DNA of 33,220 nt from NCBI GenBank assembly GCA_023262945.1, contig JALQXY010000123.1, forward strand, positions 1 to 33,220, read 5' to 3'. Positions 8,772-16,446 of this stretch are shown one piece after another. Below the pieces are notes generated by a model. The model was not told where the DNA came from. It did no database searches and saw only the letters and a program-made list of their open reading frames with translations. The DNA comes from Rickettsiales bacterium (GTDB lineage: Bacteria; Pseudomonadota; Alphaproteobacteria; Rickettsiales; UBA1997). A program made the translations under genes and the position numbers. Numbering within the stretch: position 1 is the stretch's first letter; each line of letters starts with the position of its first letter.

Positions 8772-9315
8772 TTATTTTTAAGAAGATTTTAAATTAAAAA
8801 CAAAAATATAAATTAACAACAAATCATATCTTAATTCAGTAAAACCAATGTAAATCAAGCAATTTTGAGGAATTTTTGAGGGAGATTTAATAAAAAATTG
8901 ATTATTAATCATTTTTTTTTTTTTTTATTAAATCGGCAATTATTCTTTAAATTTTAACGTATCAAGATATACGAGAATTTAAAAAATAAAAATAACAACA
9001 AAAATACTAAAATTCTTTGATTTGTAGAGTTCTTTTAGTTTATAGCAAAATATTTTGTTAAAAATACTAATTAAAGATAAGATTTGGCATTATATATAAA
9101 TACAATCTTTAAAAAGAAAAATACCTTTTTAATTAGATTTGCTAAATTAATTTATATTTAAAAAAGATAAATTTTAATAAATTAAAAGATAGTTTTTGAT
9201 ATTTTAACCTATAATAATCAATCAAATTTTATATTTTTATTGGTCAATTTTTTTTTATGATAAATTTAAAAAATAAAATAACGATAAGATTACTAAAATT
9301 GATAATAAACTGAGA

Positions 9316-10014
9316 TTAAAAAATAATATTTTTATAAATATATTCTCTTATTTTTTTTATATTGCTCAAATGTGGTGCATGTCCTGTTTTTGATAATATT
9401 ACTTCCTTAAAATCATATATACGATCTTTAAAATAATCTTTTTGCGATATATAAACAATAGCATCGCTATCACCATGAAAATATAATGTTTTAGGAAAGT
9501 TATTAAAATCAATATCAAAGCAAGAAAACTGACCTAATTCTTCTAACCAATAAATTAGAGATTCTTTTTTAGCATCTTCTAAAACAAGATTATCTATAAT
9601 ATTTTTGCCATTAATATCATTTAATATTGTTAAAATAGCAAATTTTCTAAGAGTTTGATTCGGAGAATTTTTAAAATTATCTAAAAAGTCTTGATAGCTT
9701 TTAACTGGCATTGCCGCCCTGATTCGACGATCTTTAACAAATTGAAAAGGGGGAGATATTAATATTAACAGCTTTGGCTTTATAATTTTATTTGCAATAA
9801 GCCTAATAGCTAACTGACCACCAAGACTCCAGCCAATTATAACATCAAGATCTTGGTGATTTCTAGAAAAGTCGGCAAAGAAGTCATCAATGGATTTATG
9901 TTTTAAATAGTCGTAACTATCTATTTTAACATTATCAATATAATGATCATTAAAAATTTTTTCTAAAGAGTTAAATTTTTGACCCCAACCAGAAAGACAA
10001 ACTATTTTTTTCAA
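9316..10014 (-). CDS. Alpha/beta-fold hydrolase, BioH-like carboxylesterase
   Basis: 232 aa with the nucleophile elbow GWSLGG, an acid residue in HGDSDAIV and a histidine in GHAPHLS. This triad order is typical of BioH-type esterases. Substrate assignment is uncertain. Confidence 0.5.
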   Translation of the reverse strand: MKKIVCLSGWGQKFNSLEKIFNDHYIDNVKIDSYDYLKHKSIDDFFADFSRNHQDLDVIIGWSLGGQLAIRLIANKIIKPKLLILISPPFQFVKDRRIRAAMPVKSYQDFLDNFKNSPNQTLRKFAILTILNDINGKNIIDNLVLEDAKKESLIYWLEELGQFSCFDIDFNNFPKTLYFHGDSDAIVYISQKDYFKDRIYDFKEVILSKTGHAPHLSNIKKIREYIYKNIIF

Positions 10015-10050
10015 CTTAAGATAGCAATATATCGAATAAATTTAGAATTA

Positions 10051-10218
10051 TACCAATTCTCATCTAAAAATGAACAATATGACAAAATATTTTTGAGATA
10101 AAAATTGTAAAAAATGCAAGTCCTATACCTGTAGAACTTAAGGCTTTTTGCAATCTTTAACCAAAAAGATAAAGTCAGATTGTTTAGTCTTTATATGTTT
10201 TTTAGGTGGGAATTGGTA
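10051..10218 (-). mobile_element. Type-1 MITE-like palindromic element, copy B (complete, inverted orientation)
   Basis: Bounded by TACCAATTCTCATCTAAAAA (10051..) and TTTTTTAGGTGGGAATTGGTA (..10218). A TA dinucleotide sits immediately to the left. The interior is the reverse complement of copies A, D and E. Confidence 0.8.
10100..10139 (-). terminator. Terminator-like hairpin inside element copy B, downstream of rpmE
   Basis: The minus-strand RNA reads AAGUUCUACAGGUAUAGGACUU (an 8-9 bp stem with one mismatch) followed by GCAUUUUUUACAAUUUUU. It lies about 80 bp past the rpmE stop codon. Confidence 0.35.
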
Positions 10219-10479
10219 TTATTCGTTCATAAAATCAAGATTGCCAAATTTTTTCTTAAATTCCATAACTCTTTTATCGCTAGAATTAACAAATCCTTGA
10301 TTGTCTTTTTGCCAAGCTGGATGATTTTTAGGATCAATATCTAACTTTAAAACATCCCCTTCTTTACCCCAGCTAGTCATAATTTGAAATTTATAACCGT
10401 CAGTCATTTCAACATTAACCAAATGTTGTTTTGGATGGGTTAATTCTGTATTCTTAGATTTTGTTTGATTAGTAGACAT
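10219..10479 (-). CDS. rpmE: 50S ribosomal protein L31
   Basis: 86 aa. The core VEMTDGYKFQIMTSWGKEGDVLKLDIDPKNHPAWQ matches the alphaproteobacterial L31 pattern (..TRSTWGKEGDTLNLDIDP..HPAWTG). Confidence 0.8.
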   Translation of the reverse strand: MSTNQTKSKNTELTHPKQHLVNVEMTDGYKFQIMTSWGKEGDVLKLDIDPKNHPAWQKDNQGFVNSSDKRVMEFKKKFGNLDFMNE

Positions 10480-10700
10480 TTTTGAAAATATATATTTAGA
10501 AAATTAAATAATTATCGATTAAATCGCCAAAATCAGCCAATTTATGAAAAATGTATAAGATACATATAGCATATTAATGTTAAAGTCAAGTTTTTCAATT
10601 AAAAGACCCTTTTATACTAAATCCAATCTTTAAAAGTTTTGAAAAAATTAAAATTCTAGCCACATGTTTTTAGCTAAAAATCTCTAAAAAGACTCAGCTA

Positions 10701-10755
10701 TACCAATTCCCATCTAAAAATGAACAATATGACAAAATATTTTTGAGATAAAATT
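10701..10755 (-). mobile_element. Type-1 element, copy C (truncated, left 55 bp only)
   Basis: TACCAATTCCCATCTAAAAATGAACAATATGACAAAATATTTTTGAGATAAAATT matches 10051..10106 almost base for base. It is preceded by TA. Similarity stops at the nuoG stop codon (10756..10758). Confidence 0.75.
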
Positions 10756-12783
10756 TTAATTATTTTCAGCGCTACATTTATTAAGTATGCGTGAAGCGCG
10801 AGTAATCGGATTTGTAAGATAAAAATCATAATCTTGAGCCGATATATCGCCGCTAACATTTAAAGAGTTTTGTTTATCTTTTAGCCATTTGCGATCTAAT
10901 TCATTGATTGAGCTTTCTTTAAGATTCAGTTCTTTGATTAATTTTTTTATTAATTCTTGGCTATCGTTAAATCCTAAATCAATATCTAAATATTTTGCTA
11001 AATTTAATATTATTTCAACATCGTTCATTAGGTTAGCTATACCTAAAATTGATTTTTGGGTTTTTTGTATTTTTCCTTCAATATTAATATAAGAAGATTC
11101 TTTTTCGGCAAAAGTCAATCCTGGCAATATAACATCAGCAATATGAGCGCCTTTATCTCCATGAGACCCTATATATACTACAAAGCAGTTCTTGAGACTT
11201 TCAAAGTCAATGTCATCGTCAACGGAATGTAATATTATCATCTTAACATCTCCGGCTTGACATTGCTCAATTATGCTTTTTACAGAATGAGATCCTGTAA
11301 ATTCTAAGGCAAGACCATTAATTAAACCAGACTCTTTGGCTAAAAAGTTAAAACCATTCCAATTATCTTGAATAAAGTTAAATTTATCAGCAATAGCTTT
11401 AATAACTTTTATAATATCAAGGCTATTATATTTATTTACAGCATCGCTACCAACAATTAGCATTGGTTTTTTAGCTTTTTTAAGGTCTTGATTAATTTGA
11501 GATTTTTGTTGTAAAATATCAATAAGAGCCGACGAATCATTGCCAAGATTTTGATATTTATAGCCCAAATCTTTTTCGCAGCCAATTGCTGCTATTTTTA
11601 ACTCGCCACTTAAATATCTTTTACGAATTCTGGCATTAACAATAGGCGCATCTTTTTTTGGATTTACTCCAATTAACAAACAAAAGTCGGCCTCTTCAAT
11701 TCCAGAGATTCTGGTATTAAATAGATATGATTCTCTGTCGCTTGCTGTTAATTTTTCGTTTCTTAAGCGACAGTCAAAGCGACTAATGTTGGCATTTTGA
11801 CATATTTTTTTAAAAGCAAAAATTTCTTCCAAAGAGGAAAGATGTCCAGTTAATAGGGCTATTTGATCTGAATTTAGTAAGTTAAATTGTTTGCTAATAC
11901 ATGAATAAGCCTCTTCAAAAGAAGAAGATTGCAATTTGCCATCAATTTTGATATAAGGCTTGTCGAGTCTTTGATATTTAAGGCCATCATAACAAAATCG
12001 AGCTTTATCTGAAATCCATTCTTCGTTAATATCTTCATTGGCGTTTGGCAAGATTCTCATAACTTCTAGGCCTCGTGAATCAATGCGTATATTACTACCA
12101 ACTCCGTCCATAATATCTATAGAGTTAGTTTTTTTTAATTCCCAACTACGAGCTTTAAAAGAATAAGGTTTTGAAGTCAAGGCTCCAACTGGACATAGAT
12201 CTATAACATTTCCAGATAGTTCAGAGGAGACGGATTTTTCAAGATAGGTGGTTATTTCCATGTTTTCACCTCGACTTACGGCTCCTAATTCGCAAGTGCC
12301 AGCTACATCTTCGATAAATCTAACGCATCTAGTACAATGAATGCAGCGCGTCATGTGGGTTTTTATTAGTGGCCCCATATATTTATCTTTGACAGCTCTT
12401 TTATGCTCATTATAGCAACCCTCGCCTTTACCATATTGATAAGCTTGATCTTGTAAATCGCACTCTCCACCTTGATCACAAATCGGGCAGTCAAGTGGAT
12501 GGTTGGCCAATAAAAACTCCATCACGCCTTGACGCGCCTTAATTACCATATCTGAATCGGTTTTTATTTCCATGCCATCATTTATGGGCATAGCGCATGA
12601 AGCAATTGGCTTTGGAGGTCCGCCAACAACTTCAACTAGGCACATGCGACAGTTGCCCGCAATTGCTAATTTTTCATGATAACAAAAGCGAGGTATCTCG
12701 ATATTCAGCTGTTCGCAAGCTTGTATTATGGTTAAACCTGGCTCAACTTGGTATTTTTTTTTGTTAATAGTTATTTCTGGCAT
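10756..12783 (-). CDS. nuoG: NADH-quinone oxidoreductase subunit G (75-kDa subunit)
   Basis: 675 aa with an N-terminal 2Fe-2S ferredoxin fold (CYHEKLAIAGNCRMCLVEV) and the 4Fe-4S cluster motifs HPLDCPICDQGGECDLQD and CIHCTRCVRF. The remainder is a molybdopterin-oxidoreductase-like domain. Confidence 0.92.
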   Translation of the reverse strand: MPEITINKKKYQVEPGLTIIQACEQLNIEIPRFCYHEKLAIAGNCRMCLVEVVGGPPKPIASCAMPINDGMEIKTDSDMVIKARQGVMEFLLANHPLDCPICDQGGECDLQDQAYQYGKGEGCYNEHKRAVKDKYMGPLIKTHMTRCIHCTRCVRFIEDVAGTCELGAVSRGENMEITTYLEKSVSSELSGNVIDLCPVGALTSKPYSFKARSWELKKTNSIDIMDGVGSNIRIDSRGLEVMRILPNANEDINEEWISDKARFCYDGLKYQRLDKPYIKIDGKLQSSSFEEAYSCISKQFNLLNSDQIALLTGHLSSLEEIFAFKKICQNANISRFDCRLRNEKLTASDRESYLFNTRISGIEEADFCLLIGVNPKKDAPIVNARIRKRYLSGELKIAAIGCEKDLGYKYQNLGNDSSALIDILQQKSQINQDLKKAKKPMLIVGSDAVNKYNSLDIIKVIKAIADKFNFIQDNWNGFNFLAKESGLINGLALEFTGSHSVKSIIEQCQAGDVKMIILHSVDDDIDFESLKNCFVVYIGSHGDKGAHIADVILPGLTFAEKESSYINIEGKIQKTQKSILGIANLMNDVEIILNLAKYLDIDLGFNDSQELIKKLIKELNLKESSINELDRKWLKDKQNSLNVSGDISAQDYDFYLTNPITRASRILNKCSAENN

Positions 12784-12811
12784 TTATGCTTTAAAAAATC
12801 ACAGAATTTAT

Positions 12812-13267
12812 TTAAAATGGAATTTCGTCATCTACTTCTTCAACGGATATGTTGTCGTTATTTAGCTGAGAAGGAGAGTTACTTTGATTTGATGAATATG
12901 GATCGGATGCAGAACCGTCTCTTCTGGAGTCAAGTAATTGAAGCGAAGAGTTATAATTTTGCAAAACAACTTCAGTGGTATATTTTTCGATGCCTTGATT
13001 ATCGGTCCATTTTCTGGTTTGCAATTGACCTTCTATGTAAATTTTGCTACCCTTTTTAACATAATTTTTAACTATGCCTACCAAGCCTTGAGAAAAAATA
13101 ACAACGCGGTGCCATTCAGTTTTATCTTTACGCTCACCAGTTGTTTTATCTTTCCAATTTTCAGAAGTTGCTAGAGAAAAATTGGCAATCTCGCGACCAT
13201 CTTGAGTTGATCTTATTTCTGGATCTTGGCCAACATTGCCAACCAATATAACTTTATTTATAGACAT
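12812..13267 (-). CDS. ssb: Single-stranded DNA-binding protein
   Basis: 151 aa. The OB-fold N-terminus is MSINKVILVGNVGQDPEIR, and the acidic C-terminal tip DDEIPF is the canonical SSB interaction tail. Confidence 0.92.
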   Translation of the reverse strand: MSINKVILVGNVGQDPEIRSTQDGREIANFSLATSENWKDKTTGERKDKTEWHRVVIFSQGLVGIVKNYVKKGSKIYIEGQLQTRKWTDNQGIEKYTTEVVLQNYNSSLQLLDSRRDGSASDPYSSNQSNSPSQLNNDNISVEEVDDEIPF

Positions 13268-13529
13268 TGGATAAAAAATTAAATATTTAATAGTTCAGAT
13301 AAACTAAAAACCTTTGGGCTTTAGGATTGGAAGTCGGCATGATTTAATCAAAACCAATATAATGATTTTTAAGCAAGCCTTTGTAAATGTTAAAATAGCT
13401 GCATAAATAAACAAGAATTAAATCAACTTATCTTTTTGGACTTTTGTCATAGCGAGTTTAATCTTTAAATTGCAAATCAAAATAACAAAATTAACAAAGT
13501 TAACTTGATTTATAAGGTGTTTCTTAGGG

Positions 13530-14639
13530 TTAGTGAGCTCCAAAACTTTGTATAACATCTTCAAACTCCTTGCTAGATTCAAATTCTTTAATAATTGGAT
13601 TGCCAATTGATTTTAAAAGAATGAATCGCGATTTGCCGTTATTGGATTTTTTATCATTTTTCAAGAATTTAACCATTTTAGCCTTTTTCCAGCCACTTTT
13701 TATTTCCTTTAAATCAATATTAAAGCCGCAGTCACTAAGATGGTCTTTTATTTCTTTATAAGCTTCGCTTTTTAATAGGCCTTGATCGCATGACATTTTT
13801 GCTGCCATTAGCATTCCTATAGCAACAGCTTCGCCATGATTTAATAGGTTGCTATAAGCCGTTTCGGCCTCTAAGACATGAGCAAATGTGTGGCCAAAAT
13901 TTAGCAACGCTCTGTCGCCTGCCTCCCTTTCATCTTTGCTGACAATTTCTGCCTTAATTTCGCATGAGCGTTTTATTGCAATTTTTAAATTTTCATTATC
14001 GAGCAGTAATATTTTTGAGAAATTCTTGATTAAAAAATTGTAAAATCTTTTATCGGAAATAAGGGCATATTTAAAAATTTCAGCATATCCTGATCTTAAT
14101 TGGCGCAAAGGTAACGTTGACAAGAAGTCAAGATCGCATATTACTAATTTAGGTTGGTAAAAACTGCCAATTAAGTTTTTACCATTGCCGCAATTTATGC
14201 CAGTTTTTCCGCCAACTGAGCTGTCAACCATAGATAGCAAAGTGGTAGGAATTTGTATAAAATCAACTCCTCGCAATAAAATTGCTGCAGCAAATCCAGC
14301 TAAATCTCCGATTACGCCTCCGCCTACGGCAACAATTAAAGAAGATCGGTCAAGGTTCTGATTTAGCATTCTTTCGCATAAATCTTCAAGGCCAGCAAAT
14401 GATTTTGTTTGCTCTCCAGCATTAGCGATTAAGGTTTCTGCTTGAGGTAGTATACTCTCGATATATTTTAAATGCTGATTAGCGACATTATAATCTGTGA
14501 TAATAAATACTTTGCTATAATTGTTTTTTTTTACAAAATCTTGCAGTTTGTTTATAGCTTTATTTCCTATAAAGATTTCGTAACTTCTATCGCCAAGATC
14601 AAGTTTAATATTTTCTAGATTATTGTTGTCGTTGCTCAT
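13530..14639 (-). CDS. aroB: 3-dehydroquinate synthase
   Basis: 369 aa with the nucleotide-binding motif GGGVIGDLAGFAAA, the block VDSSVGGKTGIN and the metal-binding histidines (FGHTFAH, NHGEAVAIG). Confidence 0.9.
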   Translation of the reverse strand: MSNDNNNLENIKLDLGDRSYEIFIGNKAINKLQDFVKKNNYSKVFIITDYNVANQHLKYIESILPQAETLIANAGEQTKSFAGLEDLCERMLNQNLDRSSLIVAVGGGVIGDLAGFAAAILLRGVDFIQIPTTLLSMVDSSVGGKTGINCGNGKNLIGSFYQPKLVICDLDFLSTLPLRQLRSGYAEIFKYALISDKRFYNFLIKNFSKILLLDNENLKIAIKRSCEIKAEIVSKDEREAGDRALLNFGHTFAHVLEAETAYSNLLNHGEAVAIGMLMAAKMSCDQGLLKSEAYKEIKDHLSDCGFNIDLKEIKSGWKKAKMVKFLKNDKKSNNGKSRFILLKSIGNPIIKEFESSKEFEDVIQSFGAH

Positions 14640-14718
14640 TTTTTTTGTAAAAAATTATTAATAAATCCCATGAATAATCAATCAGCGCAAATTCTCAATT
14701 TAAAATTTTCAATTTATT

Positions 14719-15243
14719 TTAGAAGGCATTTGGATGCTTTGATATTAATCTAATTATTTCTTCAACAATTACTTCAGTATCTTTTTTTCCAATGTCAATT
14801 TTAATATCAGATTTTTGATAGATTGCTGTTCTTTTGTTCATTAAATTAGCCAAAACCTTTCTTTTATCTACCCCGTTTAGCAATGGGCGATTATTTTTGT
14901 TTTTTAGTCGATGGATTATGGTTTCTAGATCAGCGTTTAACCAAACTGTTAAAGCTTTTTTTTGTAGAATCGATCTTGTGTCTTGATCCATATAGGAACC
15001 ACCCCCAAGAGCAATAATAAATTTTTCATCTCGTGACATTATGTCAAGAATAAGATTTTTTTCTATTTGGCGAAAATAATTCTCGCCGTGATCTGCGAAA
15101 ACTTGATTAATTGTTTTGCCTAAAAGATCTTCTATTTCTTGATCGGAGTCTATAAAATAGTAATTTAGCTTGTCAGCCAGTTTTTTTCCGATAGTAGATT
15201 TGCCAACTCCCGTGATACCATTAATAGCAATAACTTTTTTCAT
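14719..15243 (-). CDS. aroK: Shikimate kinase
   Basis: P-loop GITGVGKSTIGKKLA, followed by DSDQEIE and a GGG motif. I placed the start at the internal Met (MKKVIAING, ATG at 15241..15243) rather than at the ORF-track start 15309, because the 22-aa extension has no family counterpart. Confidence 0.85.
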   Translation of the reverse strand: MKKVIAINGITGVGKSTIGKKLADKLNYYFIDSDQEIEDLLGKTINQVFADHGENYFRQIEKNLILDIMSRDEKFIIALGGGSYMDQDTRSILQKKALTVWLNADLETIIHRLKNKNNRPLLNGVDKRKVLANLMNKRTAIYQKSDIKIDIGKKDTEVIVEEIIRLISKHPNAF

Positions 15244-15402
15244 AACCAAAAACCCTTGACTAAGAATTAGATTTATATTAAATTTGTTAATTGATATTTT
15301 ATATATCAAACAAAATTAATTTTTAAAAAAATAAACAGAATTAACACAATAAATTAATTCGTTAATAATTTTGACAATATTAATCAATTTTAAATATAAG
15401 CA

Positions 15403-16125
15403 ATGTCTAATTTTAACAATAAATCTTTTTCGTACGCGTCAGTTGCTAGTAAAGGCGTATCTTACGATTCTTCTTTAAGAGAATATATGCTTAAAGTTTA
15501 CAATCACATGGCTATAGCTCTTGGAATTTCAGGCCTGATTGCCCTTTTTGTAGCCAGCTCTTCTCAGCTTATGCAGGCAATTTTTACAACCCCTTTGTTT
15601 TGGTTGGTTGCTTTAGCGCCGCTTGGCTTTGTGATGTTTTTTAGTTATAAATTAAATTCAATTTCAGCAGCGCAAGCTAAAAAATATTTATATATTTATT
15701 CAGCGCTAATGGGGCTTTCTTTGTCCAGTATTTTTATAGCCTATACCGCTGCAAGTATAACTCGCGTCTTTTTTGTAACCGCTTCGGTTTTTGGAGCTAT
15801 GAGCATTTATGGCTATACAACTAAAAAAGACCTAACTTCATTCGGCTCCTTTCTAATCATGGGCTTGTTTGCTGTTCTTATATCTATGGTAGTAAATATA
15901 TTCTTAAAAAGCCCTGCTCTTTACTTCGCAATATCAATAATAGGATCTTTGATATTTATTGGCTTGACTGCTTATGATACTCAAAAAATAAAGCAGTCAT
16001 ATTATCAATTCGCTGGCAATGGTGAGGCTACAAGCAAAATGGCGGTGGTTGGGGCATTAAGTCTTTATATGGATTTCATTAACTTATTTATCATGATGCT
16101 TCGTCTTTTTGGCGAAAGAAGGTAA
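15403..16125 (+). CDS. Bax-inhibitor-1/YccA family membrane protein
   Basis: 240 aa with seven hydrophobic spans. The N-terminal segment LREYMLKVYNHMAIALGISG and the C-terminal segment ALSLYMDFINLFIMMLRLFG are typical of the BI-1/YccA family. Confidence 0.8.
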   Translation: MSNFNNKSFSYASVASKGVSYDSSLREYMLKVYNHMAIALGISGLIALFVASSSQLMQAIFTTPLFWLVALAPLGFVMFFSYKLNSISAAQAKKYLYIYSALMGLSLSSIFIAYTAASITRVFFVTASVFGAMSIYGYTTKKDLTSFGSFLIMGLFAVLISMVVNIFLKSPALYFAISIIGSLIFIGLTAYDTQKIKQSYYQFAGNGEATSKMAVVGALSLYMDFINLFIMMLRLFGERR

Positions 16126-16139
16126 TTTTGACAAGGTAA

Positions 16140-16433
16140 ATGAAATTAATAATATACCAAAACTCAAAATCCGCCACTCAATCGGGCAAGTCTAATGCTG
16201 GAAAGTGGATGGCTAAAGTTTTTGATAGTGACGATGCTAGATTTAAAGAGCCTTTAATGGGATGGATATCTGCTAACGATACTAGCTCGCAATTAAAGTA
16301 TAGATTTGCGAGCAAAGATCTAGCTGTGAAATTTGCAAAAAAGCATAATTTTGATTATGTTGTGCATGAATTAAATAGTTCGCATATAAAAGCCAAGTCG
16401 TATTCGGCAAATTTTACACGACCAATTCTTTAA
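16140..16433 (+). CDS. ETC complex I NDUFS4-like small protein
   Basis: 97 aa. SATQSGKSNAGKW...EPLMGWISANDTSSQLKYRFASKDLAVKFAKKHNFDY matches the conserved core of the NDUFS4 (18-kDa subunit) family found in alphaproteobacteria. Confidence 0.7.
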   Translation: MKLIIYQNSKSATQSGKSNAGKWMAKVFDSDDARFKEPLMGWISANDTSSQLKYRFASKDLAVKFAKKHNFDYVVHELNSSHIKAKSYSANFTRPIL

Positions 16434-16446
16434 AAATTATCAATCA

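Noticed and set aside
8183-8781. Two plus-strand ORFs (8183..8419 and 8422..8781) rich in S, L, F and Y
   Set aside because: They are the antisense reading of the GAT/GAA/AAT-rich popZ-like coding strand, which stays open by composition alone. They show no family features.
6162-9315. Search for DnaA boxes (TTATCCACA/TGTGGATAA-like) and GANTC methylation sites in the two candidate origin spacers
   Set aside because: I found none by eye in 6162..6412 or 8772..9315. The closest thing in the window (AACCACA near 2737) is in another spacer and mismatches the consensus. The origin proposal is therefore kept as a hypothesis only.
12748-13174. Plus-strand ORFs 12748..13059 and 12938..13174
   Set aside because: They lie antisense to ssb and the nuoG start, both of which are unambiguous. 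These are shadow ORFs.
13426-13476. Possible decayed type-1 remnant in the ssb-aroB spacer (ACTTATCTTTTTGG and AAATTGCAAA match element segments)
   Set aside because: There are only two short matches, separated by 27 unrelated bases, and no terminal repeat. This cannot be distinguished from chance in this composition without a statistical search.
13418-13761. ORFs 13418..13606 (minus) and 13570..13761 (plus) at the aroB 3' end
   Set aside because: They overlap aroB or extend into spacer with no recognisable motifs. They are short and low complexity.
14719-15309. Longer aroK reading frame starting at 15309 (N-terminal MIYKISINKFNINLILSQGFLV)
   Set aside because: The extension precedes the P-loop by more than family norms and is low complexity. 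The internal ATG at 15241..15243, giving MKKVIAINGITGVGKST, is the more plausible start.
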